This document shows, in pieces, positions 32,076 through 44,073 of a stretch of DNA of 64,000 nt. The DNA comes from Minutocellus sp. GHC0000111 (Eukaryota). The stretch covers positions 2,232,001 through 2,296,000 of the forward strand of contig OZ361261.1 of the NCBI GenBank assembly GCA_977018835.1, written 5' to 3'. Position 1 is the first letter of the stretch. Every line of letters starts with the position of its first letter. The notes under the pieces are model-generated. The model was not told the DNA's origin. It saw nothing but the letters and a program-made list of their open reading frames with translations, and did no database searches. The position numbers and the translations under genes were made by a program.

Positions 32076-35000
32076 TTAATTTTTCGTCACCAGTTCCTGC
32101 GCAACAGTGATATCTCTGCGACCTGGGTCGCCGAATGAATAAATTGCCCTAGCCCTCTTTGACTCGCCAGTGATGGACTCGGCGCTGCGATGCCGTTTGC
32201 CGACAAACACATTGGTTCCCTGGATTTGATACGCATGGCGCTGGTCGACAGCCTTGGGCGATGCTTGAGGCCTTGCGCTAACGGACAATGTTTTGATTTC
32301 GACGGCGGTGGACCGCAAAGTAGAGCTATTTAGTAGATAGGACTTCATCGCATGTGCGTAGACTTTGTTGTAGAAATCAATGACATTCCCGTAGCCCTTG
32401 GGTGAATTGATTTTGACGCGCTGAAGGAGAAGATGACAGGACCTTTCGCTGATTAAGTCCTTGTTGATTGCTACGTAGGCAGCGGCGATGCGAGAGAATA
32501 AATTATTTGTGGGATCGAGGCCCAGGCGTTTGCATATCGCGTATGTTGTTGCCACGATTACATGGTCCATGTGACGATCCTGAAGAAGGAAAGTCTGTGA
32601 TCGGAGGACATGGCGAAATGCGAGCCAAATTTCAGAGGCAACACTCGCTGGAAAAGAAAGCTCCGTGCACAGAGAAGAAACCCGCTTACTCGCCAAAAGC
32701 GACATCCGCCTAAACAGGTAGTCAACATATTTGTACTCGTTTGAGAGGGGAGACGACTCTGGTGGTGTCTCGGCCTCGCATTTGAGATGGCCAATTGCAG
32801 CCATATTGTCTTGCTCTCCCTCGATTGTCGGCATGAGCGATGCAACTGGCCAGTACTTTGCAGTGGGGGCAGTTCCAGTGATCTGCAACCCTGAAAGACT
32901 GTCCACTTCATTCAGCAATGTTTTGCATTTGGCTCTACCGAGGGGGGACATCGCCCAGAGTGGCTGCTGGATAAGGTAGTCATCGATCTCGTTGATGTGT
33001 TGGCGGATGTTGGCCGGAAGACCTCCAAAGATCGCCTGCTCTGAGCTGCGGAGAAAGATCTCGCTGACCTTGAGATAATCGTATGGGCTGCATCTTGTTA
33101 GCTCAAGGAGAGAAAGAACATCTGTTTTGCCGTTGGCGGCGACGGCAATGTTGCGATCAAAGATCTGTGTACCACTCTGTACTCCGATCGCCCGGAGAAG
33201 ACAGGTTGAGCACACGGACAATAAGGCGCGATGAAAGCCAGGATTGAGAATAAGTTTGGGGTGCTTCGATGTCTTGAGCCGCGCACTTTCATCGAACAGG
33301 ATAGCCTCCAGCGAAAAGTAGTAAAGAGCAAGGAGAGCAGCACCAAATGCATCGTCGGTGATGGGCTCAGGAACCTTCATGTTAGCCTTGATACCGGCCA
33401 GATTGAGCTCGCCATTGGGCCCTAAATTGATTTTGGAGGCGCCTTCACCTGTGGATTCAGACGATGGCGAAGGAGACGGCGACAAGTCAAAGTAACGGCC
33501 AAAGATCTGCCCAAGCACCTTGTTGAGGATGAGAAACATGACATCCTTCCACTGGTCTTCGCCTCCCTGCTCCGAGCGACCTGCAGAACGAAGGTAAAGT
33601 CGCAAGCGGGCACTGGGCTTGACGGCCTTGGCACGAGAAATGTCCAAAAGAAGCGAATTGATCCACTCGTTTTCCTCCATTGGCTTGATGATAGACTCCG
33701 CGAAAAGGTTCACGCCGCCTCGGAATGGTTCAAGGGTGGACAGATCGAGGATGGCAACCTTAGCGACTGGAGTTTGAGCAAGAATGCTTCTGTCCGACGA
33801 CACAAGGCCGGCCCGGATGGTGGGCGCGACGGCGCGAAGTGCTTCGTATCGAATGTAGGAAGACTGAACAAACGAGCCGTGATTGTCAGCGTACTCGATA
33901 AGACCGGGACTGGAGAAGAAAGCTCGCATTTTCCCGCTGACTTTTGATTGGGGGCTCTTTCTCCCATGGATGAGCTTGTAGAAATAGAGGCTGGTGAAAA
34001 CTTTGCTACTCTCAAAGCGAGCCCAGTGGGAGCAAAGGAACGGAACTAGATCGCCAAGGAACTCAGTGCCTCTAGTACTTGTAGCGACATGCTGGACCTT
34101 GTCGGTATCTTCCAAAAGGTTCGAATGAAGAGCGGTAAAATGCTTCTTGTCGGCGCTGAAGGCTGAGTAAAATTTTTCCATTTCTTCTTCAATTTGACTG
34201 GCCGTCACCTCGTACTTGGACGCATTCGTCTTGGCGGCAGGGCTATTCGGAATGCTACTTAGCCCAGTATTTGGAGATCGAAGGAACGCAACAAGCTCGT
34301 TCGTTGCTGTGACAAGGGTATCGATTATATCCAGGGGCAATGCCCCCTGCTTCGACGATGCATCATCACCGTCAACATTCTCAATCATTGCACCCAGAGC
34401 ATCAAGGGTCTCTGCTTCTATCGACTGAGAAGTCTTCGGGGCGCGATTGGAGCCGGCATAGTAGCTCTGTGGTCTCTGTGACTCGGTATCTTCCATGATG
34501 ATGTCGTTATTGGCATCTTTCGCTGTAGAAGCGGGCTTGGACGGAGATGGGATAGGCATGTCGGCTCGACTATCCTTCTTTCTCGGCTTGACACTTGTAC
34601 CGCCATGGGCTCCACTTGATGCTCCTCCTTTCTCGCCAGCACTCTTTTCGTATTCCGCGTGTGCCTTCTCGTCCATCTCACGAACCTCCTTCTCCATATT
34701 ACCGCATCGATAAACCAAAGCGATGCAAGCAGCCTTGGTGACAATGCTCTCAATGCGTTGCTCGACAGCGTCCTTGTTTCCCACATTATCCAGATTTGCG
34801 CCACGACGATAGTATCGATCCATGACATATGCGCAGCGAGAAGCCTCAGCAAGCGCCTCGTGCCGACTCTTGTACCCGGAAGTTCCGAGAAAGGCCCTGG
34901 CAAAGTCTCGCCGATGGACCTTGGAACATCTCTCCCACAGATACGTAAAGTCACCAGAATCCTCTGTATCGGAACGGACCTGAGCTGACATTGCTTCAAA

Positions 35001-36143
35001 GACAGCGATGAGAGTTTCCTGAAGGGTCTTGGAGAATGTGCCCTCCACCGCAATGTCCTTGCAACCCTCATGCTTCAGCAGAGCCATTCGTAGTCGCTGA
35101 ATATGCACGGTATTGCTCGTACCAGAAGCACCATCATCGTTACTACTACCCATCTTGACAAAGTTAAGGCAGAATGTTGTTATGTCCATGATGGTGATTG
35201 CATCGTCCAGAGTTCGGCAGTAGGCGACAAGGTCGGACAGATGCTGGGAGAACAAGTTGGCAATCGACCCAACGGGAGGAGATTCGCTGCCACCATCCGT
35301 TTTGGAGGCACTAGTATCGCCCTTGACCTCCTCGGCACCCAATAGGAGCAGTACCACTGTCAGCAGAGCCGCAGACGGTCGGAGCAGCGACAGGCTTACA
35401 GGAGCCGCCTTTCCCGGACTTGCACCACGAGAACTCCCCCCGCCGGCGCTACCAACACCAGCGCTTTCAATCGACTTGCCATCCTCCCCAAGATCGCCCA
35501 AAACAGCTCTTACATAATTGTACAGGGCCTTGTCGGCCTTGTTGGTATTCAATCTCATCAGGCCGCAGGGAGAGGCATTGGGATCGTCCGATTGCGGAGA
35601 GGGCTGGTACTCCCGCGGCTTGGGGGCTGGTGGAGTAGTCTTTTCCTTGTCGGCCCGCAAGGAAGCAGCTGTACCAGTGTTGGCACTACTGCTCGCAGCA
35701 GCCACGCTACCGGCGCCCGAGGCTGCAGCAGCAGTAGAAGTCTGCTTGCTGGGGGTCGTGGACCTACTTCCGCTGTTATTGCTACTGGTACCACCAGCAC
35801 CGACACTAGGAGCCGCCGGCTTGTCGCCCTTCTGGGCCTGGCTCTGACTCGACGTTTGAGTGCCATCGCCACCAGAACCAGCAGCTGCATTCGGTGCCGC
35901 CGCCGGGTCGGGAAAGGTCGGATGGTACACCACCCCAGCCACCTGGGCCTGGGCCTCAACGACGTTCTGTGGGTGGGCTGCCGCCGGTGCTGGCTGCGCC
36001 TGTCCCCCGTGCGAAGGATATCCGTGCGACGAGGCCGACACGTTCGATCCGGCGGAGGAGGAGCGAGATTGGGAGGCACTGGCGGCAGGAGCTGCCGGCG
36101 CCTCCGCCTCATCGGGCGTATTCTTTGGCGCCCCTTCCGTCAT
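32076..36143 (-). CDS. RBR: Retinoblastoma-related pocket protein
   Basis: RB_A: LYYFSLEAILFDE, FHRALL, PYDYLKVSEIF, HINEIDDYLI...LW. RB_B: RVSSLC, IW..F, LLQDRHMDHVIV..YAICK, NVIDFYNKVY. ATG at 36143. Confidence 0.9.
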   Translation of the reverse strand: MTEGAPKNTPDEAEAPAAPAASASQSRSSSAGSNVSASSHGYPSHGGQAQPAPAAAHPQNVVEAQAQVAGVVYHPTFPDPAAAPNAAAGSGGDGTQTSSQSQAQKGDKPAAPSVGAGGTSSNNSGSRSTTPSKQTSTAAAASGAGSVAAASSSANTGTAASLRADKEKTTPPAPKPREYQPSPQSDDPNASPCGLMRLNTNKADKALYNYVRAVLGDLGEDGKSIESAGVGSAGGGSSRGASPGKAAPVSLSLLRPSAALLTVVLLLLGAEEVKGDTSASKTDGGSESPPVGSIANLFSQHLSDLVAYCRTLDDAITIMDITTFCLNFVKMGSSNDDGASGTSNTVHIQRLRMALLKHEGCKDIAVEGTFSKTLQETLIAVFEAMSAQVRSDTEDSGDFTYLWERCSKVHRRDFARAFLGTSGYKSRHEALAEASRCAYVMDRYYRRGANLDNVGNKDAVEQRIESIVTKAACIALVYRCGNMEKEVREMDEKAHAEYEKSAGEKGGASSGAHGGTSVKPRKKDSRADMPIPSPSKPASTAKDANNDIIMEDTESQRPQSYYAGSNRAPKTSQSIEAETLDALGAMIENVDGDDASSKQGALPLDIIDTLVTATNELVAFLRSPNTGLSSIPNSPAAKTNASKYEVTASQIEEEMEKFYSAFSADKKHFTALHSNLLEDTDKVQHVATSTRGTEFLGDLVPFLCSHWARFESSKVFTSLYFYKLIHGRKSPQSKVSGKMRAFFSSPGLIEYADNHGSFVQSSYIRYEALRAVAPTIRAGLVSSDRSILAQTPVAKVAILDLSTLEPFRGGVNLFAESIIKPMEENEWINSLLLDISRAKAVKPSARLRLYLRSAGRSEQGGEDQWKDVMFLILNKVLGQIFGRYFDLSPSPSPSSESTGEGASKINLGPNGELNLAGIKANMKVPEPITDDAFGAALLALYYFSLEAILFDESARLKTSKHPKLILNPGFHRALLSVCSTCLLRAIGVQSGTQIFDRNIAVAANGKTDVLSLLELTRCSPYDYLKVSEIFLRSSEQAIFGGLPANIRQHINEIDDYLIQQPLWAMSPLGRAKCKTLLNEVDSLSGLQITGTAPTAKYWPVASLMPTIEGEQDNMAAIGHLKCEAETPPESSPLSNEYKYVDYLFRRMSLLASKRVSSLCTELSFPASVASEIWLAFRHVLRSQTFLLQDRHMDHVIVATTYAICKRLGLDPTNNLFSRIAAAYVAINKDLISERSCHLLLQRVKINSPKGYGNVIDFYNKVYAHAMKSYLLNSSTLRSTAVEIKTLSVSARPQASPKAVDQRHAYQIQGTNVFVGKRHRSAESITGESKRARAIYSFGDPGRRDITVAQELVTKN

Positions 36144-36661
36144 GGTATGGTGGCGGGCGCGCGCAAGAGAAGGGGTCTTGAGCTGCAAAATAAAGGTCGA
36201 CCGGCGGAATAACTCAACGTCGCAGCTCGTGTACAACCTCACTAATAGGCGCCGGGTGGTTAATTGTTCCCTCCAATAGAGAAACGAGAGCGCAGCACTG
36301 TGTGGAGTCTTGAGGCTGGTTCACCATAGCAAGTACATATGCGCCAATGCCACGCTGGAAGGCGCCCATTTTCCCATTTTTTCGAAAGATTTTCATGCAC
36401 CTCCGGGTTTTTACATGTTAACGGATGGAAAGACGTTACAAAAAGAGAGTGCACGGCTTGGCTGCTGCCAACTGACGCCAACAACAAGACAACCAACCGG
36501 CCAACAACCTCTCGAGCTACCGGTACATGTACCGTAGATTTTACTCTAAACCCTCTATTGGTAGATGTCCATTACTTTTTTCAGTATCGATACATGTAGA
36601 GATCCATGAATTCCCACAGCAGGACAGTCATCATACATGTACATGTACCTTTCGAAAGGTA

Positions 36662-37287
36662 ATGAGCGACCCGACCTCAAGAACAGCAGCAGCAACAGCA
36701 GCAACGACAAGGACCTCGGCACCGGCAACGGCGGCAATGACAACGACAACCTTGGCCAACCCCTAATACCATCCGTTGCCGTGGCTGCAACAATTCTTAG
36801 AACCCCGGGTTATGCCTCAAATTCACAAAATATTATTCAGGACGACAAGAAGAGCGTTGGGGTTGGTCAAAACAAAGAAGTCCACACCAATGCTGATAAA
36901 AACGAAAGTAGCGACTACGACGACGAAAACCATGGCCAACAATGCTAGTGATACTAGAGTAGCGAGGGAATAGCGGGACCATCGGAATATGAACTCCGGC
37001 GTCTGGCCAATATGAAACGCAACGAGGATTGGCTGAAGCAGCTGGGATTGGATGGGACTTGGAAGGAGGACCAGATGAAGAAGAGGGAAGGAGGTGGCGC
37101 CGCCACTAACAAACGAAAGAAACGATCGATCCCCGAAAAAAGCCGCAAATCGCAGAGGTCCACGACTACAAGAGGCTTTCCAATGGGCGCTGAATCAGAA
37201 GTTCTCGACTGCAACATCACATCCAGCAAACAATGCAGCATCAAAGATTGGATTGCATCGTTGAACCCCTTGTTCTTTGATGCATAG
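36662..37287 (+). pseudogene. Degenerate gene fragment with an SEYE..R..N..RN...L..LGL motif
   Basis: PSEYELRRLANMKRNEDWLKQLGL near 36980-37050 is preceded in frame by several stops at 36946-36957. Confidence 0.4.
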
Positions 37288-37414
37288 TTTGGAAAATGCG
37301 CCTTGGATTCTTTCGATAGTCAGCCCCAGGAGTACCTTTGGTTCAGCAAGGATTCTCCCTAACGAAAATGTAGATCAACAATCCGAAAAACTGGAAAACT
37401 TCCTAATCAATCTT

Positions 37415-38164
37415 TCAATCTTTAAGTGGGGGAAGCTCATAAGTTTCCTCCTCTTCCACTTGCGATGGATCCGGCAGCTGCCGTTCCTTTCCAATCGCGT
37501 CCTTCTGCTTGGCACCCTCACCGACTAAATTGTGCAAGGTGCAGTGTCCCTGATCAATTTTCTTCTTGGCATATCCATACAACGCATCATTTGTCACTGC
37601 CTTCCAATCCATGTTGGGTTTCACGAGAGGAATGCGTGTGTCGACCACTTCACCACCGTGATACCATACCAATGAGGGAAAGGATGTGATGCCAGCCGCA
37701 GTGCACTCTTCCTCATACTTCTGGCAATCGACCGATACAATTTGAACCTCCAGGTTATCGGTGCTGGCGCGAGAAGCGAACTGTTCGTACGTTTCGTGGA
37801 GCGACTGGCACAATTCCTTCCCCAGACGACAACGCGATGCGTCATGATAGTAGACGAACGTTGGGACAGGATCCGAGAGCGACACGGCAAGAGAAGTGGA
37901 AGATGTATGAGCTACACTCCCGCGACTCGTATAGCCTATTCCCAGACGTTGCCAGATGGAATGGATAATGCCGTGGAAGATGTCGACTGTTCCTCCTCCC
38001 TGGTTGGCATCTGGGATCAGGTCGGCTGGTAGCAAGAAGACAACTCCTGCCAGTGCCACCAGAATGATGAAGAGGTAGTCAAGAGAGGAAATGGTAGATG
38101 GCTGTGGTGCCGGCCTCGGCCTCTTCCTGACACCACCAGTACTGGTGGCTTCGGTGTCGGGCAT
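37415..38164 (-). CDS. Membrane-anchored thioredoxin/PDI-like domain protein
   Basis: TM LFIILVALAGVVFLL, then FVYYH...C..L...YEQFA...IVSVDC....C...GITSFPSL (thioredoxin fold without a canonical CxxC). Confidence 0.7.
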   Translation of the reverse strand: MPDTEATSTGGVRKRPRPAPQPSTISSLDYLFIILVALAGVVFLLPADLIPDANQGGGTVDIFHGIIHSIWQRLGIGYTSRGSVAHTSSTSLAVSLSDPVPTFVYYHDASRCRLGKELCQSLHETYEQFASRASTDNLEVQIVSVDCQKYEEECTAAGITSFPSLVWYHGGEVVDTRIPLVKPNMDWKAVTNDALYGYAKKKIDQGHCTLHNLVGEGAKQKDAIGKERQLPDPSQVEEEETYELPPLKD

Positions 38165-38324
38165 GGGGACTCACTCTACTACGTAGTATGCAATGTTCTC
38201 CGTGTTGATGTGCCCGAGCGAAGCGTTTCGCCAGAATAGCGATAGCACCAACATGCAACGACATTTCTGAGAATCTGACACAAACTGAGATGCCGAGCAA
38301 AGAAGAAGCAAAAAACGACCATAC

Positions 38325-39959
38325 ATGTATCGTGGAGATGCCAAGATGACCTCCCACGAAGAACAACCACTTGATGTGGCAATCATTGGAGCAGGCGCTG
38401 CTGGTCTCTCAGCTGCACGGACTCTGTTGGCCGACGACCCCGATCACCAGAAAATCCAATCAGTTCATCTCTTGGAGGCCAACTCATATGTCGGTGGAAG
38501 GATTTTTTCCAACGATGACTTTGTGCCGGGGAATCGCATCGATCTTGGTGCCGAATTTATTCATGGATGGGAAACGATGCTAACGGACGTCGTTGAGTCT
38601 AATAAGGAACGATGGGACAAGGCGGTGGTAGATGATGCAACTTTACCGTTGCTCGAAGAGATATTCATTGCATCCCATGCCGATGGAGGTCCGGGAGAAC
38701 ATCCCACGAATGATGGCAAGTATGGCGTTTACTATCTATCCAAGGAAGACAAACTACTGCGGTATGATACCAAAGACGAAGACTTTCGTCGTATGGGTGA
38801 TGCGCTGTCGTCCTTGGTACACATGGAAACATGTTATGCGGCGCAAGGAGCAGAAGAGGCGGAAGGAGAGGCATCGTGCGACGCTACTGATCCCACAAGT
38901 AGCGGCATCGACACGTCAAAGAGCCTGGCAGATTATCTTGACGAATCCTCTGCCATCGCACCACGAATGATGGGTCTATTGGATGCTGGATATGGCAATA
39001 CGGCTGCTTGCACTGATTTGAGCAAGATATCATTGAATTCTCACATTGACTTTGAGAAATACTGGGAAGCGAACGAGGAAGAAGGGGATTTCAGATTACA
39101 TCCTCGAATCGGCATGATGGGTGTTGTTGAGGCTCTGCGAAAAGAGATTGAAGCTGACGGTCGTTGTAAAATTATGTTGAATTGGAAGGTTGAGACAGTC
39201 GACTGGGGCAAGGACAACGAAAAAGTCATCATCGTCTCTTCGTCTGGCAAACGCATTGCGGTTGATAAAGTCATCGTAACAGCACCAGCTCCAGTCATTA
39301 CTTCAGAGACAATTCTTCAATTTCAACCTCCGTTGCCCCAATGGAAAATGAAGGCACTAAAGATGGTGGGAATGGAGCGAGCAATTAAGATCATTGTGAA
39401 GTTTGATCAACGAGTTTGGCCCAAAGACGTTCAGACTGCCATTTGCGATGAGGGCCCTCATTCGAGCGTGCCAGAAAATTGGTTCCGAGAAATGACAGAA
39501 AGCATGCTGGACGGAGAAGCGAAACAGATTTATCTGGCAGTAGGCTTCCTAACTTCCAGAGCCGCAGATATACTGCTAGAAAGCATTGGCAAAATGTCAC
39601 AACAAGAACCACATATGCCTGTGCCATTGGAGCAAAGAAGAATCAATGCAGCCGCAGATATAGTCAAGGATCAACTGGCAACAATATTCGCGGGGTCAAC
39701 TTCGAGGGATGAGATCGAGGAGGCCTGCGTATCAGCCATTATGTATGACTGGGGAGAGATTGAAACCATAAAAGGAGGATACATGTACCCAAAGGTTGGA
39801 ATTACTCGGCAACATTTCTTGGATTTGGCTCGACCCATCGAACAAAGTCTCTTCTTTGCCGGAGAGGCGACAAACACCGGCGCCTGTTGCACCGTCCAAG
39901 CGGCAATGCAGACTGGATTGCGTGCAGCAAATCAAATTCTATCAAATATTAATTCATAA
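38325..39959 (+). CDS. Flavin-containing amine oxidase (polyamine oxidase/LSD-like)
   Basis: VAIIGAGAAGLSAA, LEANSYVGGRI, DLGAEFIHG and LFFAGEAT...TVQAAMQTGLRAA. Confidence 0.92.
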   Translation: MYRGDAKMTSHEEQPLDVAIIGAGAAGLSAARTLLADDPDHQKIQSVHLLEANSYVGGRIFSNDDFVPGNRIDLGAEFIHGWETMLTDVVESNKERWDKAVVDDATLPLLEEIFIASHADGGPGEHPTNDGKYGVYYLSKEDKLLRYDTKDEDFRRMGDALSSLVHMETCYAAQGAEEAEGEASCDATDPTSSGIDTSKSLADYLDESSAIAPRMMGLLDAGYGNTAACTDLSKISLNSHIDFEKYWEANEEEGDFRLHPRIGMMGVVEALRKEIEADGRCKIMLNWKVETVDWGKDNEKVIIVSSSGKRIAVDKVIVTAPAPVITSETILQFQPPLPQWKMKALKMVGMERAIKIIVKFDQRVWPKDVQTAICDEGPHSSVPENWFREMTESMLDGEAKQIYLAVGFLTSRAADILLESIGKMSQQEPHMPVPLEQRRINAAADIVKDQLATIFAGSTSRDEIEEACVSAIMYDWGEIETIKGGYMYPKVGITRQHFLDLARPIEQSLFFAGEATNTGACCTVQAAMQTGLRAANQILSNINS

Positions 39960-39989
39960 GATTTAGCTGAATCTCTACGCTCCCTACGC

Positions 39990-41433
39990 TTACCATGAGC
40001 TAGTAATCACTACCGGAGACGAACTTGGCGAGACCGTACCTAGGTAGCAAGTATGCCCCAAGGATCTACGCTGCAGGACGAAGAATCGAGCAATTTGGTT
40101 GGTCATTCCAGTGCTTGCAGCTGCTTGTGAAATCTTCTCTGACATACTGAGCTTCATTGCTCTTGGTCTTTCACTCTTCATCCGAGGAGTATCGTATGAC
40201 GCTTTCTTCCATGGCAAGCAAACAATAAAGCCATCGAGGCCTCCCTCTTCGATGCAGTTGTGAGCATGAGCCACTGCTACAAGCGGAACACAGTCAGCAA
40301 TGCGAGGTTGGATCTTTCTTTGGTGCAGAAGCACAAATAGTTGCTCCAAATCGGAACGAAAGTCTTCTGGCATCTCTTTCGCTTCGCCAAACAGGTCGTA
40401 AACATAACACTGACTTGCGTTCCAGGATGCCATGGCAATGGAAGCAGCACTAGATAACGACATCCCAAATAAACCCGCCTCATCCATCAGCGAAGTCTGA
40501 CCTACACTCACTAACTTTGAGTTCACACGCCGAAGAGCTTCCTGACAAGCCTCAAACGTGGTACCCCCGACGGTGTCAATAGCGACGTCTATTAGCTCTC
40601 TCACCTCGGGAAGCCACTCTTCGCGTTCGATGCCCAATGGCACTGCGCCCAAGTCTCTGAGCATCTGATGGTGGCGTCGTGATGCAGTAGCAGATACCAC
40701 ACCTGCACCGGCAAGCTGAGCGAGCTCAATGACGGCCCTACCGACCGATCCATTGGAGCCCGTCACTAAAACCTTATCACCGGGCCTTATACCTCTACTG
40801 CCAATGCGATGAAGGCATTGATACGCAGTAACATAGCTACGAATCAAACACACAGCCTCTACCGCATCAAGATCTCGGGGTACCTTCACGACGTCATGCG
40901 CAAATGCAGTGATGTAGCGACTGTTCCCCCCAAGATAGGGCGAAAGGACAGCGACCCGGTCGCCAGCATGAATGCCATATTTATGGGCGAGATCACCGCA
41001 AACATGAACAGTCCCAATCGCATCAGTACCCGGACTATGAGGCAGGGGTGTTGCCTTGAAGAATGTGTTTCTACGCATCTGGCAATCGAGCAATGACACC
41101 GTCGAAGCCTAAGGATATGAAAAAGATTTGTAATTACATCATCAGCTGTCAGATTCCATCGACCAAGAAAAACACCCATATTTCATCTCTACGAGCTCGT
41201 ACGCAGAAAAATGCTTGCACCCCACCCTCTTAACTCACCTCAACCTTGATCAAAACGGAGCTTCGATTATCTAGTACTGGTCGTTCTGTGTAGCCATAGA
41301 AATGGAGTGTCTCGTCGGCATTGCCAAAGGAATTGTAAGCAACCTCGGCATTCACGAAACCATCATCATGCGTTTCATACTCAGCAGACTTGTTCAGCCT
41401 TTCGAGAAGAGTATCCAAGCTTTTACGCCCCAT
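39990..41433 (-). CDS. Medium-chain dehydrogenase/reductase (quinone oxidoreductase/VAT-1-like), 2 exons
   Basis: Intron 41109-41238 joins VLIKVE|ASTVSLLD. Also PHSPGTDAIG, GGNSRY, YVTAYQCL and VLVTGSNGSVG. Confidence 0.82.
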
Positions 41434-42315
41434 TGTTGGTGATGGTGTTTCGCTGTTAGCCTTGCTTCAAAAGAAATCAAGGGCTGAGGTTGGTGGTCAA
41501 AGCATTCAATAATCAAGACGCGAGAGGCAAGTATCGCTGGTTGAGAAGTTCCGATCTCATCTATCGAGCTACCTTCCGATTCCAGTCAAAATTGTGCGAG
41601 ATGCCATTCCGCGTATAAACTTGCTCTGCAAGACTTCGAATTTCGGTCCAAAGCCATCAACATCGTTTCTTTCTACAAGTGAGTCAAAATTCGAATTTTC
41701 ATCATGTCAGCTGTCCGAATCTTTCACATATTATCTAATGGGTATGCCTAAGTCTACCTTGGATGATACGGCGTACTCGCAGCTTGCCTGGTCTACTACC
41801 TTGAAGGATTCAAAGTAGACTTCGACTTTTTTTGTGCCGCAGAGAGCCGAGTTCCCATCGCCCGCACTGATCGCAATCGCAAGCACACAAACGTTGTTCC
41901 TCAACACACTCGGAAAGAAATACACTGAATAGTCCGCTGACTTGTCACATTTGCACACTGCTGCTCTCGGGTCTACTCCTAGAATCGAATCGAATCGAAT
42001 CTGCTTTGCATGGCTCATCATTGCCATCTTTCTCATGCCGCGTGCTGCGTTGAGCGGCTTCTACGTACGATCGTACGTACTCCTTGACACCGCAGCGCCT
42101 TGGCCGCGCCCCGCGTCGTTCGCGTTGGCCGTTGGTTGATGCATGCGTGATGGCTGTACCTAGGTACCTAGGTACCAAAGGTTCGTGCTCACTTTGATTA
42201 GTACTACAGCGGGGGACCACGTCGGAACCTGAGTGTAGTTGTTTTACTGTCTTGGTCCAAGATTGTCCCTTCATTTTGCATTTTTGCGCTTCGCAACAGA
42301 ACAAGCTACGTAGCG

Positions 42316-43959
42316 ATGGTGCAGACGCCACTTGCATTTGCATCTCTCACTCATAATGGAGGGACATTGATACTGCAGCCACGGCTCCACTCTACTCTAG
42401 CCAGCACTGAGCTATCTGCGCTGGCCGTTCCGTCATGTATCCCTGCGGCTACAAATACCGTTCGCAATGTAGTCGTCGGCGGTGCATCGGCCATCTTGTC
42501 GCGGCTTCCCAAGCCGAATCATCCGCCGATGCGTTTGTTTCTTGCCGTTTTTGTTGGTTTCTTCTTTGGTCGACTCACTGGGCAAAGGTCGGGTGCCCAG
42601 CGCGTCAGCAATGTTCCCTTGGAACCTGGAGCGAATCTACTGGACGAGTCTGATAGTGCTACTGCAGAGGACGATGAGGAGGGATACACTCCCCTTTGGC
42701 TCAACTATGCATTGGCGCGAATGTGGGCGTTGTTTCAACGCAATACGAAACGGTTGGTCGCTGAGGTTTTACAACCGGCATTGGATCAAACAGAGTACCC
42801 TCCATTCGTGACGGATGTTCGAGTGACCGGCTTCTCTCCTGGAAGACGGTCACCTTATTTTCGCAGTCTCAAACGTCTCCCCTCTCGCTCTCTTTCCGAG
42901 GTGCAATATTCCATCAATACTTTGCTTGCATCGACATTGACGGTGGACTTTGAGGTCGACGTGGCACCGTACAAGGATATCAAACTGACAGTTCCCGTCA
43001 CCCTACGCAACCTTGATTTCGATGCGCTTTGGTGGACTTCTTTGGGACTGACCCCCTATGAACCTTACTTATCGACAGTACAATATTCCCTGCTCCAATC
43101 GCCAAAGATATCATTTGATATGACTGTGTTCAAGCTTCTTCCGATCACTGCAGTGCCAGTTTTGAGAAAGTTTTTCTTCAAGGTCATTACACAAGAAGTC
43201 CCGAAAGAGTTCATGTTCCCCAATTCTGCATTCTTGGACTTTCGCCCACCTGAAATTATTAAACATTCCATCATATCCAAAGAGGAGACGGCGCACGAGA
43301 GCCTCAAAGATCTCGATCCAGACCAGCTCAAGGAATTGTTCCCAGAGCAATTTGCCCTCTTTGATGCACTCGATTTAGATGGCGGCGGGACCATCGAACA
43401 GGAAGAACTATTGCATGGACTGAAGCGGTGGGGCTACACTGCTGAAGACTCGGCCGCTTCCTTTGAGAAGCTAGACATTGACAAGGACGGATTGGTGGAT
43501 TTTACTGAATTCATTGAGATGTGGCCAAAGCTAGAAGAGAGTTTCGTTCCGAACAGATACAAGGGAATCGTCACCGTCTTTTTGAAAAGAGCAAAGGGTC
43601 TTTCCTTACCACTCTTTGGACCAACTGACCCTATTGTCAAGTTACAAGTAGGTGATCAGGTGGTTCAGAGTAAGCGTGATAGCAGAACTTCACCAGGGGA
43701 AGGAGAGAAGGGAGAATCTATATGGAACGAAGTTTTCGAATTGAATTGCCAATCGCCCCGCGATCAGAAGTTAGAGATTATCGTTGAGGAGGGGACCAAG
43801 CTCGGTCTAAGGAGGAAAGGGAAAGAAATCGCAAGAGCCGCCGTTCCACTGTCAAAATTACTGGTCAAGAAGAGTCGAAAGTTGAATGTCAAGCTTGAAC
43901 CCCAGGGATATTTGAGAATCGACCTTTCATATGCTGACTTTGTTGATCACAGGACTTGA
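42316..43959 (+). CDS. Synaptotagmin-like SMP-domain protein with two EF-hands and a C2 domain
   Basis: TM, WLNYALARMW (SMP), DLDGGGTIEQEE and DIDKDGLVDFTE (EF-hands), and LKRAKGL..TDPIVKL..WNEVFE (C2). Confidence 0.82.
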   Translation: MVQTPLAFASLTHNGGTLILQPRLHSTLASTELSALAVPSCIPAATNTVRNVVVGGASAILSRLPKPNHPPMRLFLAVFVGFFFGRLTGQRSGAQRVSNVPLEPGANLLDESDSATAEDDEEGYTPLWLNYALARMWALFQRNTKRLVAEVLQPALDQTEYPPFVTDVRVTGFSPGRRSPYFRSLKRLPSRSLSEVQYSINTLLASTLTVDFEVDVAPYKDIKLTVPVTLRNLDFDALWWTSLGLTPYEPYLSTVQYSLLQSPKISFDMTVFKLLPITAVPVLRKFFFKVITQEVPKEFMFPNSAFLDFRPPEIIKHSIISKEETAHESLKDLDPDQLKELFPEQFALFDALDLDGGGTIEQEELLHGLKRWGYTAEDSAASFEKLDIDKDGLVDFTEFIEMWPKLEESFVPNRYKGIVTVFLKRAKGLSLPLFGPTDPIVKLQVGDQVVQSKRDSRTSPGEGEKGESIWNEVFELNCQSPRDQKLEIIVEEGTKLGLRRKGKEIARAAVPLSKLLVKKSRKLNVKLEPQGYLRIDLSYADFVDHRT

Positions 43960-44073
43960 TAAAGGAGCACGATTTCTCGCAAATGATCGCATAGTTATTG
44001 TGCGTAATATATGTGATATTTATGTATGTCAAGTAAGACCTTGGATTGCCTAATCTTTACTCTCTGTCTTGAT

